Positions 57,820 through 64,000 of a stretch of 64,000 nt of DNA are shown here, piece after piece (position 1 is the stretch's first letter; every line of letters starts with the position of its first letter). The stretch lies in assembly GCA_002719675.1 (NCBI GenBank), contig PBID01000006.1:22164-86163 (forward strand). The letters are read 5' to 3'. Position numbers and translations under genes: made by a program. The notes beneath the pieces are model-generated. The model had not been told where the DNA came from, did no database searches, and saw nothing but the letters and a program-made list of their open reading frames with translations. The DNA comes from Chloroflexota bacterium. Its GTDB lineage: Bacteria; Chloroflexota; Dehalococcoidia; Lucifugimonadales; GCA-2719675.

Positions 57820-59382
57820 TTTTCCCTTAGATAGAGCTTCTCCTGGTAATTTTCCTGTATTTTCTCCATTGACGATTACAATTTCTCCATTAACTATGAC
57901 ATAGTTTATTCCTATAGGAAATTGTTTAGGGTTTTTAATTGATGCATGAGTTTTAACAGTTTTTGGATCAAAAATAACTATATCAGCTTTATATCCATTT
58001 TTTATTTCTCCTCTTTTAGTTAATCCTAGTCGTTGAGCTGGGAAAGAAGTCATTTTTCTAATTGCTTCAGGAAGTTTAAGATGTTTTTCAGCTCTTACAA
58101 ATTCTGCTAGTACTATAGGGAAACATCCATATGTACGCGGATTTTGGAATTCTCCAAATAATATTGCGTCACTTGCAATCATTCCATAAGGATGAGATAC
58201 GAATGCAGGTAATGTGTTAGAGTTTGTTCCTACGCCTACAATTCCTATGCCAAGATTTTCTTCATGCATTATTTCAAATAATGTATCAAACATTTCCTGG
58301 CTTCTAAGTTCTGAAATTTCCGAGATAGTTTTCCCTTCATATATCTTGTTTTTTGGTTGATTAAAATTGGTTAACCAACAGTTTTCAATGGCTTCTCGAT
58401 CTAATTCAGATTTTAATTTAACTTGGTCATCTTTATTTTTTAATGCATGCATGAGTCTTTCTGGGCCACCATCTTTTGTCCAGTCAGGAAAATTTATTGC
58501 CATGCTGGTACCGAAATAAGGATAAGTGTAACAATCAAAAGTTACATCTAAGCCTTCTTCTCTTGATTTTTCTACTAACCCTAAATATTCTAAATGGCTT
58601 CCTACGCCCTGTTGGTTTTGTCTATAGTGAGTTAAGTGAATTGGACAACTACTTTGCCTACCGATTTCAACGGCTTCTTCGTACGGGGCTAAAAAACCTT
58701 TTGATTTTAAAGTAGATCTGGTATGAGTATGGTAAAACCCTCCCATATTTGCAACTACCTTTGAAATTTCTATTAATTCGTCTGTACTAGCAAATGACCC
58801 TGGAGCATAATCTAGTCCGGTAGATAATCCCCAGGCACCTTCTTCCATAGATTCCCTCATTACAGATTTCATATCAAGGATTTGTTTTTTGGAAGCTGGT
58901 TCGTTTTTCCAGCCAACAGACCAAATTCTTAATGGAGCATTCCCTAATATATACGCAATATTTATAGAAACTTTTTTATGATAATTGTTGAGTAATTCAG
59001 GTACAGTGAGCCATGAAGCTTCTTTAGGAGGATATCCGTTTAATCCTGAATCTAACCAAATATATCTTTGCAAATCATCTTTGGATTTGAATGGAGCGTG
59101 TGAAATTCCATCGATTCCTACGAGTTCTGTTGTAACTCCTTGACGAATTTTTGGGTCATGATGAGGTTCACTCATGATAGTAAGAGGCGCATGTGAGTGT
59201 AAATCAATAAAACCAGGACAAATTACCTGATTTGTAGCATCAATGATTTTTTTAGATTCAAAATTACTTGAGTCTCCACGGATAATCTCTATGGTATTAT
59301 TTTTTACTGCGACACTACCAAAATATCCTGCATTTCCAGTTCCATCTACGATTAGTCCGTTTTGTATAAGTAAATCTAGCAT
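57814..59382 (-). CDS. N-acyl-D-amino-acid deacylase (D-aminoacylase) family amidohydrolase
   Basis: MLDLLIQNGLIVDGTG, PGFIDLHSH, and a C-terminal beta-sandwich (ADIVIFDP). ATG 59382 is the likely start. The track ORF starts at TTG 59400. Confidence 0.85.
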   Translation of the reverse strand: MLDLLIQNGLIVDGTGNAGYFGSVAVKNNTIEIIRGDSSNFESKKIIDATNQVICPGFIDLHSHAPLTIMSEPHHDPKIRQGVTTELVGIDGISHAPFKSKDDLQRYIWLDSGLNGYPPKEASWLTVPELLNNYHKKVSINIAYILGNAPLRIWSVGWKNEPASKKQILDMKSVMRESMEEGAWGLSTGLDYAPGSFASTDELIEISKVVANMGGFYHTHTRSTLKSKGFLAPYEEAVEIGRQSSCPIHLTHYRQNQQGVGSHLEYLGLVEKSREEGLDVTFDCYTYPYFGTSMAINFPDWTKDGGPERLMHALKNKDDQVKLKSELDREAIENCWLTNFNQPKNKIYEGKTISEISELRSQEMFDTLFEIMHEENLGIGIVGVGTNSNTLPAFVSHPYGMIASDAILFGEFQNPRTYGCFPIVLAEFVRAEKHLKLPEAIRKMTSFPAQRLGLTKRGEIKNGYKADIVIFDPKTVKTHASIKNPKQFPIGINYVIVNGEIVIVNGENTGKLPGEALSKGKS

Positions 59383-59667
59383 TATTGAAGTTTCAAACAA
59401 ATTTTAAGGTATTAAATTTTTAAATTATATTATCAACAAATTTAATCTAATATTCCTGAAATTGCTGTATAAAGTGATATTTTCCTAGAACTTTTACTTT
59501 TTTTTAAATTATATAATCTTCTTTGAGTAAATTAATGCTATTTAAATTATTAAATATAATATGTCGAAATAAAATGGAACATTAATTGATGTCATTTAGA
59601 TATTGATTGTTATTTGTTATAGATGTAGGGTTGTGATGCTTATTGAAAATTTGTAGGAGGATTAATT

Positions 59668-60099
59668 TTGGTAATCAAAGGATTTAATCATGTTGGATTG
59701 GTTGTGTCTGATTTGGATAGAGCTATATCTTTCTATCAAAATGCTTTAGGTTTACGTCTTACCCAGAGACAAATCAGGAATAGAGGACCTATTGAAAAAG
59801 TTGTTGGATATTCTGATGCACATTTAGAATTTGCTTTGATGGAATTTCAATCTGGAGGAACACTTGAATTAATTTATTATTTTTCTCCTGAGTCAATTGA
59901 TAGGCCTACTCAACATCGCAGTGTAATAGGTGGTTCTCATATAGGATTTAATGTAGAAAATATAGATCAAGTTTTTGATTCGATCAAAAAATATGGTGCT
60001 ACAGAATTAAATCCTCCTGTAGAAGTAATACCTGGTAAAAAAGTTTGCTATCTACAAGACATTGATGGAAATTGGATTGAGCTTATTGAAATGAAATAA
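59668..60099 (+). CDS. VOC-family (glyoxalase/bleomycin resistance/dioxygenase) protein
   Basis: GFNHVGLVVSDLDRAISFY, HIGFNVENID, DGNWIELIE. TTG start after AGGAGG. Confidence 0.85.
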   Translation: MVIKGFNHVGLVVSDLDRAISFYQNALGLRLTQRQIRNRGPIEKVVGYSDAHLEFALMEFQSGGTLELIYYFSPESIDRPTQHRSVIGGSHIGFNVENIDQVFDSIKKYGATELNPPVEVIPGKKVCYLQDIDGNWIELIEMK

Positions 60100-60169
60100 T
60101 AACCAATTGTTAAAGAATCCGTTTAACTTATTAATCATGAACTATTAAATTTGAATTTAAAAATTAGTA

Positions 60170-62614
60170 ATGAGGCCTAAAATGAAATTGTCTATTCTCA
60201 ATAAACTTTTCCCAGATTTGAACTTAAAAATTTTATCAGCTTTTTTATTGACTTCAATTTTAATAGCAGTAATTTTTTATTTTGGATATCAGCAGATTTT
60301 CAATAATGATGCTGCTTCTGATCAAGAAAATATTCAAATAATTCCAGTGAAGCGTGGTGACCTGGTAAATTCTATATCTATTAATGGTAGTTTAACTTAC
60401 CCCAACAAAGAGAATCTGAATTTTGGAAGTAATGGAGTATTATCAAAAATATTGGTGGAGCCAGGAGATAGAGTTACTAAAGGTCAAATTTTAGCTGTTT
60501 TAAGTGATTCAGATATTGCACAATTACAAAAAGAAGTAGCTCAAAAACAGGTAGATCTTAACGATGCAAAAGATGCATTAGATTTAGCAAAGGAACCAAA
60601 TTCACAAATAGATTTAGATGCTGCTAAATTGAATGTTGAGAATGCTAGAGAATCTTTACGGTTGGTTTTAGCGCAAGCTGATTTGGAATTTGTTCAAGCT
60701 CAGCAAGCTGTTACCAATTCCATTATTCAATTGTCTGTTGCTCAGCAAAATATAAAAGATTATGAAACCAATTTCGAATCTGATTTATCTGATGCTGAGA
60801 TGCAAATTACAAATTTAAAAGTTTTAATAGATACTTCTTATCAAGAATGGCTTGAATATTCTAGAGGGCCTATAGAAGAAATTGAAGATACCGAGACTGA
60901 AATAAATACTATATTCAAAAATCTTACTCGTGCTAGAAGCGATCTTGCAGATGCGATAGTAAATAAAGATTTAAAAAAGACGGAATTAGATTATAAAAAA
61001 AGAGATTTAGTTAATATTGAAAAATTGTGGGTGAATAATTTGGATTCTGCTAAAGAAACTCTTACTGAAAAGGAGGTTGAATATAAAAATGTATTTTTGA
61101 AGTGGTTGGGTATCAGTGAAGTTGATTACAAATCTAATCCCGAAAATCTACTGAGTCAATGGGGAATCAACTTAGATGAGGTTTATGATTGGCGTAATCA
61201 TGAATCAGAGTTAAAGCTAATTGGTAAAGGTGGAACTGTTTCTGATAAGAATGCAACAGTTTTTAATGAATTAATAGTCTACAACTGGTTAAAATTTTAT
61301 CCAGGATCTGTAGAAGCTTCTTGTGATGCTACTCCTAGTTCAACATCTAATACTAATGGGAAATTTTGTATAAAGAATGAAATGGATTTAGCTTGGGATA
61401 ATTTGTCAGCTGCACAATCTGATTTTGAAGGTAAATCTTTTGATAAACAGGACGCTATTTTAAATGCGAATAAGGCAATTGAAACTGCTCGAGTCAATTA
61501 CAATAATTCTTTAGAAGCTATAGAAGATGCCAAAGAAAATGTTGATTCATTAAACTCAGATATGTCTACTGCCTATGATAATTTGAAAGATTTAAAAAGT
61601 TCACCTGATAGAAATCAGATACTTAAGTTACGTAACGTTTGGCAGAATTATAAGACTATGTTAGTTGTTGCTTCAAATGAATTGGAGAAATTGAAAAATA
61701 TTGATTCTGAAACCGAAAAAACAAATTTAATACATGCATTGTCAATAATTCAAGTTAATTTGAAAGAAGACCAAAAAACATTAGATGATTTGTCGTCCAC
61801 TACAGATAAGTTTAGTTCTGTAACCTTAGCTCAAATTGATTTAGCAAAGTCTCAGCTAGCGGATTCTATTGAATCTTTAGCAGCTTTAAATGAAGTGGAT
61901 CAGTCACAGATTGAATTAAAAGAAGCTGAAGTCAAAGCTAAAGAAGCATTATTAAATGAAGCTTTAACTGCTTTGTCATTATCTACAATTAAAGCCCCAT
62001 GGGATGGATTAATTTCATCTGTAAGTGAAAACCTTGGTAAACAAGTTGGAGTAAATTCTGGAATAATTGAGATTATCGATACCTCTGCTATAAATTTTGA
62101 AGGAACAATTGACGAAGTTGACGTTTTATTCATGCAAATAGGCAGAGAGACAATTATAACTTTAGATTCTTTACCTGGCCAAATTCTTTCTGGTGAAATT
62201 TCTCAAGTTTCGAGTATTGCTACAACCCAACAAGGAGTTGTTACATATGATATTAGTATCAGTTTAGATTCTATCTCAGGAGTTGAGTTACGTGGTGGTT
62301 TAAGTGCTGTTGCCGAGATAGTTCTTAAAGAATCAAGAGATTCCTTGCTTGTACCTATTCAAGCTCTTTATGGTTCTGTTCAGCAACCTACAGTGAAATT
62401 AGTTCGAAATGATGAAATCGTTGAAGTTCCAGTTGAATTAGGAATCAGTGATGAATTTTGGACTGTTGTTACAAAAGGCTTATCTGATGGAGATCAAATT
62501 GCAATGGAAGTCAAAGAAGCAAGTACAACTTCTATGTGGGGAGGAAGAGGAGGAGGAGCTCAGTTTAGAAGAGCTGCAACTACTCAATCTAAAGCTCCTG
62601 CAGCGGGTAAATAA
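60170..62614 (+). CDS. HlyD/MacA-family periplasmic adaptor with a very long coiled-coil insertion
   Basis: N-terminal TM helix. Split lipoyl halves (VLSKILVEPGDRVTKGQILAVLSD ... IKAPWDGLISSV) separated by ~490 aa of heptad-like sequence. Beta-barrel and membrane-proximal domains at the C-terminus. Upstream of macB-like genes. Confidence 0.85.
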   Translation: MRPKMKLSILNKLFPDLNLKILSAFLLTSILIAVIFYFGYQQIFNNDAASDQENIQIIPVKRGDLVNSISINGSLTYPNKENLNFGSNGVLSKILVEPGDRVTKGQILAVLSDSDIAQLQKEVAQKQVDLNDAKDALDLAKEPNSQIDLDAAKLNVENARESLRLVLAQADLEFVQAQQAVTNSIIQLSVAQQNIKDYETNFESDLSDAEMQITNLKVLIDTSYQEWLEYSRGPIEEIEDTETEINTIFKNLTRARSDLADAIVNKDLKKTELDYKKRDLVNIEKLWVNNLDSAKETLTEKEVEYKNVFLKWLGISEVDYKSNPENLLSQWGINLDEVYDWRNHESELKLIGKGGTVSDKNATVFNELIVYNWLKFYPGSVEASCDATPSSTSNTNGKFCIKNEMDLAWDNLSAAQSDFEGKSFDKQDAILNANKAIETARVNYNNSLEAIEDAKENVDSLNSDMSTAYDNLKDLKSSPDRNQILKLRNVWQNYKTMLVVASNELEKLKNIDSETEKTNLIHALSIIQVNLKEDQKTLDDLSSTTDKFSSVTLAQIDLAKSQLADSIESLAALNEVDQSQIELKEAEVKAKEALLNEALTALSLSTIKAPWDGLISSVSENLGKQVGVNSGIIEIIDTSAINFEGTIDEVDVLFMQIGRETIITLDSLPGQILSGEISQVSSIATTQQGVVTYDISISLDSISGVELRGGLSAVAEIVLKESRDSLLVPIQALYGSVQQPTVKLVRNDEIVEVPVELGISDEFWTVVTKGLSDGDQIAMEVKEASTTSMWGGRGGGAQFRRAATTQSKAPAAGK

Positions 62615-62639
62615 TAGAGTTTTATATAGGTTTTAATAG

Positions 62640-63302
62640 ATGTTAGATTTAAAAAATATTAAGAAAAATTATCGAATGGGGATCATAGATGTAGAGGTGT
62701 TAAGAGGTATTGATCTCTCATTTGAATCTGGCGAAACTGTATCTATCATGGGACCTTCTGGATCTGGAAAGTCAACTTTAATGAATATAATTGGTTGTTT
62801 AGATGTTCCTACAGCAGGCACTTATTTTTTGGATGGTAAAAATGTAGGTGAAATGAATGATAATCAGTTAGCTGAGATAAGAAATGCTAAAGTAGGGTTT
62901 GTTTTTCAAACTTATAATTTATTACCTAGGATCTCAGCTCTTGCGAATGTAGAGCTGCCTTTAATTTATGGAGATAGGAAAGACTTACGAGAACGTTCTA
63001 TGCTTGCGCTGGAAAGAGTTGGTTTGTCACACAGATACAAACATAAACCAACAGAACTTTCTGGAGGTGAACAGCAAAGGGTCGGTATTGCTAGGGCTTT
63101 GGTAAAAAACCCTAGTATTTTATTGGCTGATGAACCAACTGGAAATTTGGATTCAAAATCCAGTAAAGAAATTATGGATATTATTAAAAATTTAAATAAA
63201 GAATCTGGCATAACAGTGATTTTAGTTACACACGATCCAAGCGTTGCTAAACAAGCTGAACGTACTGTGTCTATTAGTGATGGGAAAATTATTAATGAAT
63301 AA
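62640..63302 (+). CDS. ABC transporter ATP-binding protein, MacB/LolD type
   Basis: Walker A GPSGSGKST, Q-loop, signature LSGGEQQR, Walker B LLADEPT, H-loop VTHD. Confidence 0.95.
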   Translation: MLDLKNIKKNYRMGIIDVEVLRGIDLSFESGETVSIMGPSGSGKSTLMNIIGCLDVPTAGTYFLDGKNVGEMNDNQLAEIRNAKVGFVFQTYNLLPRISALANVELPLIYGDRKDLRERSMLALERVGLSHRYKHKPTELSGGEQQRVGIARALVKNPSILLADEPTGNLDSKSSKEIMDIIKNLNKESGITVILVTHDPSVAKQAERTVSISDGKIINE

Positions 63303-63329
63303 GTTTTTATTGTTTCAAAAAGTGTAGAT

Positions 63330-64000
63330 ATGATTTATATAGAAATAATCAAAGTTGCATTTGTATCTTTATCTGCAAATAAATTAAGATCTATTTTAGC
63401 ACTTTTAGGTATTGTAATAGGTGTCACGGCTGTTATTTCACTCATGTCTATTGGTAGGGGGACACAAGAAAGGATCACCTCTAGAATTCAAGATTTAGGC
63501 ACTAATTTGCTTTTTATTAAAGCAGGTGCCTCAACTTTCGGAGGATTTACAGGTCAGGCAGGTAGTTCATCTAGTTTAACTTTCAAAGATGCTAAAGCTT
63601 TAAAAGATCCATTATTTGCTCCTTCTGTTATTGAAGTAGCTCCTGAAATTACAATTCGTGCTCAGCTAGTTTTCGGTAGAAAAAATACCAATGTGACTGT
63701 GATGGGTGTCACTCCTCAACATTTAGGTGTTAGAAATTTAGAAATTGATTCAGGGATGTTTATTTCTTCACCTCATATTCAAACATATAGTGAAGTTATT
63801 GTTTTAGGTTCTCAGGTTTCAGAGGATTTATTTGGATTTCAAGACCCAATTGGTGAACATATACGAGTTAATGGAAAGAGATTTTATGTTGTCGGCATCT
63901 TAGAATCTCAGGGTGGAAGTGCTTGGACTAGCAATGACAGTAGGGCTTTTATACCTTTAACTACTGCTTTTTATAGAATGCAGAAACAAAGGGTAAGTGG
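63330..64000 (+). CDS. ABC transporter permease, MacB/FtsX type (N-terminal part; runs off the window)
   Basis: MIYIEIIKVAFVSLSANKLRSILALLGIVIGVTAVISLMSIG, then a periplasmic MacB_PCD-like segment. The frame is open to 64000. Confidence 0.88.
   Translation, partial: MIYIEIIKVAFVSLSANKLRSILALLGIVIGVTAVISLMSIGRGTQERITSRIQDLGTNLLFIKAGASTFGGFTGQAGSSSSLTFKDAKALKDPLFAPSVIEVAPEITIRAQLVFGRKNTNVTVMGVTPQHLGVRNLEIDSGMFISSPHIQTYSEVIVLGSQVSEDLFGFQDPIGEHIRVNGKRFYVVGILESQGGSAWTSNDSRAFIPLTTAFYRMQKQRVS

Noticed and set aside
1-64000. Scan for rRNA genes, CRISPR arrays, transposases/IS elements, integrases, prophage modules and toxin-antitoxin pairs
   Set aside because: No ORF shows DDE/tyrosine/serine recombinase motifs. 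There is no short direct-repeat array, no rRNA-like conserved segment, and no small overlapping two-gene cassette with TA-like features.

Overview
This is an AT-rich (roughly one-third G+C by eye), tightly packed bacterial chromosomal segment. It holds about 60 protein genes, 4 tRNAs and no rRNA, CRISPR array, transposase or integrase. The backbone is housekeeping. It includes a tRNA(Thr-Tyr-Thr)-tuf-rpmG-secE-nusG-rplKAJL block that is not followed by rpoBC. It also includes dapF-dapL, hflX, pgk-apgM, tpiA, miaA, smpB, ctp, rnhB-thiE, hppA, speH-speB, mnmA, def, cca, secDF, gltBD and a macAB-like efflux module. The gene content (LL-DAP aminotransferase, archaeal-type phosphoglycerate mutase, membrane pyrophosphatase, no rpoBC after rplL) suggests a streamlined marine Chloroflexota/Dehalococcoidia-like (SAR202-type) genome; this is inference only. 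The accessory parts most worth a second look are:
- an isolated 352-aa ORF with a winged-helix-like N-terminus and a degenerate TIR-like C-terminus (23.5-24.6 kb);
- a tandemly duplicated mosaic lipoprotein pair beside tRNA-Arg, with a (TCGG)4 repeat;
- an insulated Fis-type mini-HTH gene behind a 430-nt AT-rich region;
- an 11-kb co-directional cytoplasmic glycoside-hydrolase/oxidoreductase/aminotransferase cluster (40.8-51.7 kb);
- a CADD-type (pABA synthase-like) oxygenase next to a MetF-like/SDR/orphan ComD-like operon;
- an 814-aa MacA/HlyD adaptor with a very long coiled coil.
TTG starts are very frequent, and two genes (hflX, rnhB) appear to need ATT starts. No single feature is demonstrably a new system from sequence alone.
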